Below, piece by piece: positions 32,646 through 40,621 of a DNA stretch of 64,000 nucleotides. The DNA lies in the NCBI GenBank assembly GCA_037441385.1, contig JBBISH010000018.1, forward strand, positions 1 through 64,000. The letters run 5' to 3'. The stretch is from Myxococcales bacterium. GTDB taxonomy: Bacteria > Myxococcota_A > UBA9042. Made by a program: the position numbers and the translations under genes. Within the stretch, counting starts at the first letter, position 1. Each line of letters begins with the position of its first letter. The notes beneath the pieces were generated by a model that saw only the letters and a list, made by a program, of their open reading frames with translations, was not told where the DNA came from and made no database searches.

Positions 32646-32880
32646 GATTTCTCGGGGTAGGGCTAGCGTAACAGGGTGGGTTTGGGGTGTCGAGCCTGCC
32701 TTGGCGGTTGCCGACAGCCCGAGCGACCCCAGGTTGAAGTGATCTGCACAAATGGGCTTTGGTGGTTACCGCCGCGATTCGTCCGCCCATAAGACGGCGA
32801 ATTTGCGGCCCACCCAGCAGGAGAGGCGAGGCGGAAACACATTTCCGCTGATCGCTTCAGTGGCCGGGCTTCCTCCTGGC

Positions 32881-32893
32881 AATCAAGAACTTA
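32881..32893 (+). promoter_or_regulatory. IHF consensus match
   Basis: AATCAAGAACTTA fits WATCAANNNNTTR. Confidence 0.4.
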
Positions 32894-33033
32894 CCTGACC
32901 CCAACCCACCACTGTGGGCCCAAAAGCCAACACGACGCCGGAGGCTGGTAACCGGTTTCCCAGTTTTCAACGACACCGCGCTCCGAACTGCAATGGTTCC
33001 ACCAGGGTCGAGGTAGGAGTCGCACCCGTCCGC

Positions 33034-33177
33034 GTAGGGCGCGGGCTTGTCCCGTGCCGTGACCTCCGATGGGTAAAGCCTTGTCTCGTGTCGTGACCTT
33101 GGGTGGGTAGAAATCTTGTTTGCTGCCGAGCACTTGACGACAGCAGGTTCACGGCGGGGGACGAGCCCCCGCCCTAC
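33034..33177. repeat. Inverted pair of GTAG-type REP sequences (REPIN-like)
   Basis: GTAGGGCGCGGGCTTGTCCCGTGCCGTGA ... TCACGGCGGGGGACGAGCCCCCGCCCTAC. Confidence 0.8.
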
Positions 33178-33207
33178 TTCGGTCGGGAACGCGGGGGCGT
33201 TTGGAGG

Positions 33208-33436
33208 ATGGGGGGCATTTTCTACCCACTGAAATTACTGAAAGACATGACCCCGCGTCAGCGATGCTGGCCCCGCAGGGGTGGCGGCGCCGGGTGAGGC
33301 GTCGCCACCGCCGGGAGCAGGAAGTTGCTGTACTGGCAGGTGTCTCCTTCGACCGGCGGCCGCAGCGCGACGGCCCGGCGGCGGAGCCTCAGAAATTGCC
33401 CCCCACTTCCCTTTCGCCGGGCCGGGACGCCCAAAA
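33208..33436 (+). repeat. ~280-bp structured element, copy A (right end missing)
   Basis: Shares blocks CGCGTCAGCGATGCTGGCCCCGCAGGGGTGG, TCGACCGGCGGCCGCAGCGCGACGGCCCGGC and GCCGGGCCGGGACGCCCAAA with copies B and C. Confidence 0.85.
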
Positions 33437-33440
33437 CCTA

Positions 33441-34625
33441 CTACGCCAGCAGCCCCGCCAGCTGCGGCAACGCCTGGGCCACCGGCACCACTTCGATGGC
33501 ACCGTGCCGCTCGCGCCGCGCGCCCAGGTACAGCAGGGTCGCCCTGGCCTCGGGGTAGTCGGTCAAAAACGCTTGCAGGCCGCGCAGATCCGCCGGTCGC
33601 ACCTGGCCCGTGTGCTTGACCTCGATGGCGTGCAGACCGCGGTCGCCGTACAGCACGAAGTCGACCTCCGCACCGCTGGCTGTGCGCCAGAAGTGTAGCG
33701 AATACCCAAGGTTGTGCAGGTCGTTGACGGCGCGCAGCTCCTGCCACACCAAGCCCTCCAGCGCGGCGCCGTCGATCTCGGCCGGCCGGTCCAGGGGCCC
33801 GCGCGGCCGCAGCGTCCGAAACACCCCCACATCAAAGAAATAGAACTTGGGGTGCGTCGCCAACCGCCGCGCCGCCCGCTTGGTAAAGGCCGGCACGCGC
33901 GCCGCCAGCAGCAGGTCCTCCAGCACGCCCAAGAACCCCTCGACGGTCTTGCGCTCCACCGCACACTCGCGGGCGACGTCGGTCACGCTCAGCTGGCCGG
34001 CGTGGGCGAACGACACCGCCTCCAGGAATCGCGAAAACGCTGCGATATTGCGGGTCAGCCCCTCTTGCAGCACCTCTTCGCGCAGGTAGGTCTGGACGTA
34101 GCTCGCCAGGAAGCGTTCTCGGTCCGGTTCGCCGCCAAGGGCCGGCAAATGGCCGTACTGCAGCGACTTCGCCAGGTCAAAGCGGTCGCCCAACTCCGCG
34201 GCAGTCAGCGGATGCATTCGATATGTCAAGGCGCGCCCGGCCAGCAGGTTCACCCCGCTACGCCGCAGCTTGCGCGAGCTCGACCCCGTCAGGCCAAACA
34301 CCGTGCCGCGCGTCTCGATGAGCCTGTGGACAACGTTAAGCAATTCGGGCGCGCGTTGCACCTCGTCGATCACCACCAAGCCGGGCGGTGCGGCGGCCAC
34401 CAGCACCTCCAGGTCGCCAGGGCGGGCGAGCATGCGCTGCCAAGTGCTTGACTCCAATAGGTCCAGCGTCAGCGCCGGCGCCAGCTGAGTGCGGATCCAC
34501 GTCGACTTGCCCGTGCCGCGCGGGCCGAACAGGAAGAAGCTCTTGTGCGGCTCGACCCGCAGCGTTCGGGGCAAGGTCCCGGACAAGGCACTGGGCGGCG
34601 TGGAGGTCGGCGTTTTGGAGCTCAT
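33441..34625 (-). CDS. AAA_14 ATPase with DUF4143 C-terminus
   Basis: GPRGTGKST, VVIDEVQ, TGSS, LAGRA, PKFYFFDVG and EVDFV..AIEVK motifs. Confidence 0.92.
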   Translation of the reverse strand: MSSKTPTSTPPSALSGTLPRTLRVEPHKSFFLFGPRGTGKSTWIRTQLAPALTLDLLESSTWQRMLARPGDLEVLVAAAPPGLVVIDEVQRAPELLNVVHRLIETRGTVFGLTGSSSRKLRRSGVNLLAGRALTYRMHPLTAAELGDRFDLAKSLQYGHLPALGGEPDRERFLASYVQTYLREEVLQEGLTRNIAAFSRFLEAVSFAHAGQLSVTDVARECAVERKTVEGFLGVLEDLLLAARVPAFTKRAARRLATHPKFYFFDVGVFRTLRPRGPLDRPAEIDGAALEGLVWQELRAVNDLHNLGYSLHFWRTASGAEVDFVLYGDRGLHAIEVKHTGQVRPADLRGLQAFLTDYPEARATLLYLGARRERHGAIEVVPVAQALPQLAGLLA

Positions 34626-34745
34626 GATTCCAAACTGTGCTGTATTTTGGCGGCAGCGATTCCACTATACAAGGTTGGTCGGTGCGGGGCAACGGCGGCG
34701 AGTGGGTGGTAAGCGGGCTGGCAGTGGCCGGGTGGCGAGAAAACG

Positions 34746-34767
34746 ACCTTGGCAACGTTGCCAAGGT
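34746..34767. promoter_or_regulatory. Second copy of the palindrome (22-bp perfect)
   Basis: ACCTTGGCAACGTTGCCAAGGT followed by TGATTTC, as in copy 1. Confidence 0.6.
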
Positions 34768-34991
34768 TGATTTCGAAGGCCGTGGAGGTCGGCGGCGAGC
34801 CGCAAACCCCTGAGAATACGGCGTTGACGTGGCGTGCCCAGGGGCGTAGGCTGACCCTCATGAGCCAGAAGACCCGGTCGAGTGGGTGCCAAGAGGGCGA
34901 CACGTCAGCCAAAGCCCGGGACCCTTGGGTTTCGCCGGAGCGCTGCTTCGTGGCTCGCGCGGTTGGCACGCCGGTCGGCCGGCTGGGCGCG

Positions 34992-36005
34992 GTGATCCTG
35001 CAAATACTGCACGTCGTTGGGGTCCTCGGCGCAGTCGTGGCCTCTGGCTGCGCGGTCGACCGGTTTGACGCCGCCAGCTGTGCCTGTGTGGCCGAGCATC
35101 CTGGGCCGCGGGGAGTGCTGGAGGAACTGCAGCTGCGCCGGTGCGTCCTTGGCAGCCGGGGCGACGGGCCCAGAAACGTGGACGAGAGCCAGTGCCGGCT
35201 TTGGCTTGCGAGTCCGTGGCTTGCGTCGCCGCCTGCGGATGACGTGGCGGGGCGGGTGCTGCCTGACAGGTACGGCCTGGAGTTTCGCTGTGGGCCGCGG
35301 GCGCCCACTGGCCGTGGACATGATGAGCGCATTCCTTGGCTTCAGGACGACCATTGCGAACCGGATCTTTACGGGCCGCACGACGAACCGCTACCTGACG
35401 TCGCGGTGCGCGAACAACGACTGGCGGCCGCTTGCCCAAACATGGCCAATGCTGCGTGCCGGCACCGCTACCTGACTCAAACGGTGGAGCTCCTGCGACC
35501 GCTCGTTGCGGAGTCCAGCGCGTCGGGCTCGGAGCCGGTGGCCCTGCCCTTGTTCTGCGTCGTCCGCGCCGATGGCGGCCTGGACTTGGCCAGCATCGGT
35601 CATCACTGGTGGCGCTTGCCTCCGGCAACAGACGTCAAGGTTCCCCGGGCACTTGCGGCGGAAACGCCGCGCGTCGACGTGGGCGCGCTGGTCGCGGAAG
35701 TCCGCTGGATGCGTCAGCTTTACCCCCAGCTCCGCGTCGAACTGTCCGCGGAAGACAGCGTTCCATGGGGCGACATGTGGGCAGTATGGTGGACCCTGGA
35801 CGAGTTGGTGACTCCAGACCGCAGCGACCGGCACTGGTCGCGCGTGCACGAGCCTGTGGTGGCCGCGGTTGGGCCAGGTGCTAAAGAAACGGACTTGGTT
35901 GAGTACGCCTATTGGGAGTGCCCGACGTGTCGGCAATTGACCGCCCGCCATCCGATTACCGTTTCCGACCCCAACTTTCTGAGAGTGTTCGGCTGGCGGC
36001 CCTGA
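34992..36005 (+). CDS. Hypothetical Cys-containing lipoprotein with ExbD-like segment (start uncertain)
   Basis: Lipobox ASGC after a hydrophobic stretch; VELSAEDSVPWGDM resembles the ExbD periplasmic motif. Confidence 0.5.
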   Translation: MILQILHVVGVLGAVVASGCAVDRFDAASCACVAEHPGPRGVLEELQLRRCVLGSRGDGPRNVDESQCRLWLASPWLASPPADDVAGRVLPDRYGLEFRCGPRAPTGRGHDERIPWLQDDHCEPDLYGPHDEPLPDVAVREQRLAAACPNMANAACRHRYLTQTVELLRPLVAESSASGSEPVALPLFCVVRADGGLDLASIGHHWWRLPPATDVKVPRALAAETPRVDVGALVAEVRWMRQLYPQLRVELSAEDSVPWGDMWAVWWTLDELVTPDRSDRHWSRVHEPVVAAVGPGAKETDLVEYAYWECPTCRQLTARHPITVSDPNFLRVFGWRP

Positions 36006-36195
36006 CCCGCCGCGCCACCGCAATGCGGGGCGCCGAATGGCCGGGGTGCGTGGCCGGCACGTCATGGTCCCGCGGGAAACCCAGCACCCATGCCGCGTCG
36101 CATCCCCCTTGACGTAACGGGCCGGCCAGCGTGCAATCGCCTGCGGTCACCTGCCGGGGCGGCCCCAGAAATCCAGGTCCAAAGGGGAAGCGGCG

Positions 36196-37956
36196 ATGTT
36201 GACACGGCTGACGGTTCGCAACTTCAAGCGATTGGCCTCGATCGACGTCGAGCTTGGCCAGACCGTGGTGCTGGTCGGCCCCAACAACTCGGGAAAGACC
36301 TCGGCCCTGCAGGCGTTGGCGCTGTGGCAGGCCGGTGTGCGGGCTTGGCTGGAGAAGTGGGGTGACCAGCCGGCCCAAAAGCGCCCCGGCGTGACCCTCA
36401 ATCGCAAGGACTTGATTGCCGTGGCCGTGCCCAATGCCAGTCTGCTCTGGCGCGACCTGCATGTGCGAAGCGGCGAGCGCCAAGCGGACGGCAAGAGCAA
36501 GACCCGCAATGTCTTCATCGAGATCTGCGTGGAAGGCATCACGGACGGTGAGGCCTGGCAGTGTGGCTTCGAGTTCGACTACGCGAATCAAGAGGCGTTC
36601 TACTGCCGACCGCTGCGCCTCGACGCAAACGGCAGCGAGCGCATGCCCCTGCCGCGCACCGCGCTCCTGAAGGACGTGCGTGTGGCGTTCTTGCCCGCCA
36701 TGTCGGGGCTGGCGTCCATCGAACCCAAGCTCGAGTTGGGGCGCATCAACGTCCTGATCGGCGAAGGGCAGACGGCGCAAGTGCTCCGCAACCTGTGCTA
36801 TCGCCTGTGCGAATCCGCGCCCGACGCTTGGCAGGCGCTTTGCCAAGATATCCAGCGCATGTTCGGCGTCGAGCTGACGGCTCCGGAATTCAACGAGTTG
36901 CGTGGTGAAGTGACCATGGGCTACCGCCAGCGAAGCCATGACGGCAAGATCATCGCCCTCGACCTCTCGTCCGCGGGCCGCGGTCTGCAGCAAACGCTCC
37001 TGCTGCTGGCGTTCCTGCGCGCCAATCCCAACACCACGATCCTGGTCGACGAGCCGGACGCGCACTTGGAGATCCTTCGGCAGCGCCAAATCTACGACCT
37101 GATCAGCGGCGTTGGGCGGCAGCAGGCAGGGCAAATCATCGCCGCAAGCCACTCGGAGGTCGTGCTGAACGAGGCCGCGGAGCGCGACAAGGTGGTAGCG
37201 TTTGTAGGCAAACCGCACGTGATCGACCGACCGGACCAGGTCATGAAGGCGCTGAGCAACATCGGCTTTGACCAGTACTTGCTAGCCGAGGAGCGCGGCT
37301 GGGTGCTCTACGTGGAAGGGGCCACGGACCTGAAGATGCTTGCGGAGTTCGCCAGCCTGGTCGGGCATCCAGCCCTCGAGCACCTGCAAGAGGCTTTCGT
37401 CCACTATGTGGGCCACAACCAACCTAGCCCGGCACGCAGTCATTTCCATGGCCTCCGCGAGGCCAAGCCAGACCTGCGAGGTATCGCGATTTTTGACCGT
37501 ATTTCGTCAACTTTACAGAACGCTGGCGGCCTGGAAGAGCGCATGTGGCAGCAGCGCGAGTTGGAGAACTACTTCTGCCGCGAGAGTGCTTTGCTGGCCT
37601 GGGCGCGTGGCAGGCCACCCAGCCACCCGGACTTGTTTTGGGAGGCCGAGTCGGGAGCCCGGGTCGAGGCCATGACCCAAGCTATCGAACGCGTCGCCGC
37701 CGCGGCCAAAACCTTTGACAAACCGCCGATTTGGTCAGCGGACAGCAAGGCCAGCGACGACGTGCTGGGGCCGGTGCTCAAGAACTACGCCGAAATCCTG
37801 GGACTACCCAAGCAGCTCGCCGATAAGTCCAAGTTCGCCGAAATCATTGGATTCTTGACCCCGGACGACGTCGACAGAGAGGTTCGGGACATGCTGGATG
37901 CGATCGTCAGGGTGGCCGAGGCCGCGCCTCCCCAAGAGGCCGCTGCGCCAGCTTGA
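36196..37956 (+). CDS. OLD-like ABC-ATPase plus TOPRIM protein
   Basis: NFK, GPNNSGKT, SAGRG signature, LVDEPDAHL, ASHS; TOPRIM-like YVEGATD and IFDR. Confidence 0.85.
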   Translation: MLTRLTVRNFKRLASIDVELGQTVVLVGPNNSGKTSALQALALWQAGVRAWLEKWGDQPAQKRPGVTLNRKDLIAVAVPNASLLWRDLHVRSGERQADGKSKTRNVFIEICVEGITDGEAWQCGFEFDYANQEAFYCRPLRLDANGSERMPLPRTALLKDVRVAFLPAMSGLASIEPKLELGRINVLIGEGQTAQVLRNLCYRLCESAPDAWQALCQDIQRMFGVELTAPEFNELRGEVTMGYRQRSHDGKIIALDLSSAGRGLQQTLLLLAFLRANPNTTILVDEPDAHLEILRQRQIYDLISGVGRQQAGQIIAASHSEVVLNEAAERDKVVAFVGKPHVIDRPDQVMKALSNIGFDQYLLAEERGWVLYVEGATDLKMLAEFASLVGHPALEHLQEAFVHYVGHNQPSPARSHFHGLREAKPDLRGIAIFDRISSTLQNAGGLEERMWQQRELENYFCRESALLAWARGRPPSHPDLFWEAESGARVEAMTQAIERVAAAAKTFDKPPIWSADSKASDDVLGPVLKNYAEILGLPKQLADKSKFAEIIGFLTPDDVDREVRDMLDAIVRVAEAAPPQEAAAPA

Positions 37957-37984
37957 GCGGTGGTGAGAGGGCCCTTGGAAATTG

Positions 37985-38270
37985 GCCCCGAGCAACTTCT
38001 ATCTCTTGAAATTGCTGGATGTTAGGGTCACCGCGTCAGCGATGCTGGCCCCGCAGGGGTGGTGGCGCGGTGCAGCGTCGCCACCGCCGGGAGCGGGAAG
38101 TTCGGGTGGTTCCGGATGCCTGCTTCGACCGGCGGCCGCAGCGCGACGGCCCGGCGGAGGGGGTTCCGAAATTGCCCCCCACCTTTCAGAAGATGCCCCC
38201 CAACTTGTCGTTTGCCGGGCCGGGACGCCCAAATGCCCTTTGAGAACAAAGGGTAGAAAGTGCCCAGCAA
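37985..38270 (+). repeat. ~280-bp structured element, copy B
   Basis: Same conserved blocks; ends GTAGAAAGTGCCCAGCAA; left end degenerate. Confidence 0.85.
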
Positions 38271-38321
38271 TCCGGCTCCGGTTCGGGTCCCGGCTCCGGT
38301 TCAGGCTCGGGTTCCGGTCCC
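38271..38321. repeat. Degenerate hexamer tandem repeat (TCCGGY-like)
   Basis: tccggc tccggt tcgggt cccggc tccggt tcaggc tcgggt tccggt. Confidence 0.7.
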
Positions 38322-38356
38322 CACTAGGCGCCCGCCTCCGGCAAACGCCCGGTCCC

Positions 38357-38387
38357 CTATGTGGCAAGAGGCAATACCTGACACCCG
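38357..38387 (-). repeat. 31-bp dispersed motif, inverted copy
   Basis: CTATGTGGCAAGAGGCAATACCTGACACCCG. Confidence 0.9.
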
Positions 38388-38388
38388 G

Positions 38389-38500
38389 CTCTCGCCCACT
38401 TCAGTGGGAGAGGAGGGGTCCCCGCGGTGAGCGAAGCGAGCGAGCCGTGACTCAATTTCACGGCGAGAGCGGGGTCGGCCGCAGGCCGGGGGTGAGGGCT
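38389..38500 (+). repeat. CTCGCCCA..TGGGAGAGG...GGGGTGAGGG palindromic repeat
   Basis: Shares its end blocks with 40680-40734. Confidence 0.55.
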
Positions 38501-38539
38501 TTCGGCGCTGCGTCAGAGTAGGCAAGCGGTAAGGCAGGG

Positions 38540-39907
38540 CTAGCGCGCCACCGCCCCACCATGCTGGGCCAGGCTCGGATGCCGCAGCCCCGCGTACGGC
38601 AAGTCCAGCAACTGCGCCGCGTTGTAGCCCGCCAGGTGCTTGCGCTGGTGCGCCACCTGCTGGTCCAGCAACGCCACCAGCGGCTGCCAGGGCGCGCACG
38701 CCAGCTTCTTGGTCTCGCGCGGGTCCTTGCCCAGGTCAAACGCCCAGCAGGCGCCGTCTTTGCCGCGCTGGACCTTCTTGCCGTCGGCACTGACCAGGGT
38801 CGCGGTACCCTCCTTGCCGTAGGTGAACACCGCCTGCCGCTGCGGCGCGCCCCGCAGCAGCGAGACCCCCTGCAACTGCCGCCAGGCAAACGGGATCCCC
38901 AGCGCGTCCAGCACAGTCGGCAGCAGGTCCACGTGGCTGGTCAGGTCCTGCACCACCCGCGGCGCAAACAGCGCCGGCTGCCACAACACCGCGGGCGCCT
39001 GCAGGTTTTCCTCGTAGCTGAACTTGGGGTGACTCCAGTTGCCCTTGTGCTGGCCAAACGCCTCGCCGTGGTCGCCCGCCAGCACGAACACCGTGCGGTC
39101 CAGGCGGCCGTCGGCCTTGACCTGCTCAAAAATGCGCTGAATCTGCGCGTCCAGCGTCACCAGGTTGTTATGGTAGCGGCCCTGCGGCGTCTTGGCGCTG
39201 TAGTGGCGGTACTGCGGGCCGTGGTCGCTGTACGGCCAGTGCGCCACGTAGCTGTAATAGACGCCAAAGAAGGGCTCCTTGGCCCCCTTGAGCCGCTTGA
39301 GAAAGGCGCCCACCACCGCTTCTTCGCGGCGCGCCAGCGGGTCGATGGTGTCCTTGGGGCCCAGCGGCAGCTCGGTGTAGCCCTTGCAGTCCAGCCCGCC
39401 CGCCTGCAAAAAGCCCTTGGGGAAGTAGTAGTTCAGGCGCCCCGGCGTGTACAGGAACTTGTCCCACTGCGGCCCCAGCAGACCCGGTAACGACGGGATC
39501 GCCACGTCGGGCCGATCGACCCACATCGGCACGGTCGGCATCGGGTAAAGGCCCGAAAGCTGCGAGAAAATCGCCCGCGCACTGGAGTTCGTGGTCGAGT
39601 AGTGGCGCGCCAGCTGCCAGCCCTCGCTCGCCAGCTTTTGCAGAAAAGGCATCGGCACTTTGGGCGCGGTGTCCGTCAGGTAGCGGGTGCCCGTGCTCTC
39701 CAAGATGATCCACACCACGTTCCAGGTGCGGTTCTTCGCCACCGCCGGCACCGCCGCCTCCTGGCCGCTCAGGCGCGCGTCGGGTAGCCGCAGCGGTTGC
39801 TGTTGCTCCGCGGGCACTTGCGTGGGCTTGGGCGTCGCACCCGCCACCGCCGGCCACAGCGCCGCCAGGATCCCGATAGTGGCTATACTTCTAACCAGTT
39901 GCCGCAC
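38540..39907 (-). CDS. Exported sulfatase/LTA-synthase-like alkaline-phosphatase-superfamily enzyme
   Basis: Signal peptide; IILES, AHWPY, GDHGE and SHVDLLPTVL motifs. Confidence 0.85.
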   Translation of the reverse strand: MRQLVRSIATIGILAALWPAVAGATPKPTQVPAEQQQPLRLPDARLSGQEAAVPAVAKNRTWNVVWIILESTGTRYLTDTAPKVPMPFLQKLASEGWQLARHYSTTNSSARAIFSQLSGLYPMPTVPMWVDRPDVAIPSLPGLLGPQWDKFLYTPGRLNYYFPKGFLQAGGLDCKGYTELPLGPKDTIDPLARREEAVVGAFLKRLKGAKEPFFGVYYSYVAHWPYSDHGPQYRHYSAKTPQGRYHNNLVTLDAQIQRIFEQVKADGRLDRTVFVLAGDHGEAFGQHKGNWSHPKFSYEENLQAPAVLWQPALFAPRVVQDLTSHVDLLPTVLDALGIPFAWRQLQGVSLLRGAPQRQAVFTYGKEGTATLVSADGKKVQRGKDGACWAFDLGKDPRETKKLACAPWQPLVALLDQQVAHQRKHLAGYNAAQLLDLPYAGLRHPSLAQHGGAVAR

Positions 39908-39967
39908 GTCCCCGCCCCTTGCTTGCGCGCCCTGCCGCGCCTCGCTACCCTGCCGCACGGAGGCACG

Positions 39968-40621
39968 ATGCGCAACCCAAGCCTAGCATTTTTCGCAGTC
40001 GCCCTGATGGCCTGCAGCGAACCCAAAGCTACCTCGAACCCGCCCCACGCGGCTGCGCCCGCCCAGCCGGAGCTGGCCAAACCGGACCGCGAGCCGGCGC
40101 CGGTGGCGAACCGTACCGGCACACCGGACCCGAGCACCGCCCCACTGGGTCAGCGTTTGGCCAAGGCTTTCAGCGGCTACGAGTACGTGCCCACCCGCGA
40201 GGACCTGCTGAAGGTGGCGCCCGAGGCCGAACTGGTCCCGGCGCTGTGGACGCTGTACCACGCCCCCGATCAGCGGCTGGCGGTACGCACGCAAGCCCTG
40301 GTCAGCCTCCGCTTTTTCCCGTCCGAGCAGGTCCAGTCCTGGTTCGAGACCGTGCTCCGCGACCCCGCCACGGTGGACGCCGTGCGCCGGCCGGCCGCGA
40401 AAGCCTACGGTTTTGCCTTTGGCGAGCGGGCTGTAGCCGTCCTGGGCGAATTGTTGGCCCACGCCGACCTGCACACCCGCGACAGCGCCGCGCGGGCCCT
40501 GGGCGCCATCGGCACGGCCGCGGCCCGGCAAAAGCTGAGTGAACGCGCCAAGATCGAAAGCGAGGCCAGCGTCCAGGCTACCTTGGCAGCCGAGCTCGCC
40601 AAACCTGAGAGGAAACCGTGA
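39968..40621 (+). CDS. HEAT-repeat lipoprotein
   Basis: GGAGG RBS; lipobox LMAC; TRDSAARALGAIG. Confidence 0.75.
   Translation: MRNPSLAFFAVALMACSEPKATSNPPHAAAPAQPELAKPDREPAPVANRTGTPDPSTAPLGQRLAKAFSGYEYVPTREDLLKVAPEAELVPALWTLYHAPDQRLAVRTQALVSLRFFPSEQVQSWFETVLRDPATVDAVRRPAAKAYGFAFGERAVAVLGELLAHADLHTRDSAARALGAIGTAAARQKLSERAKIESEASVQATLAAELAKPERKP

Noticed and set aside
36196..37956. Gabija or retron system
   Set aside because: No adjacent UvrD-like helicase or reverse transcriptase.
31844..38387. Tn3-family transposon
   Set aside because: No transposase or resolvase, ends are not 38-bp GGGG-type, and there is no 5-bp target duplication.
30827..38500. Integron cassette array
   Set aside because: No integrase; genes are in mixed orientations; repeats lack a clear RYYYAAC...GTTRRRY attC organisation.
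37982..38521. Short ORFs containing SAMLAPQGW or GPEPG..PDSR peptides
   Set aside because: They are translations of the dispersed repeats, not independent genes.
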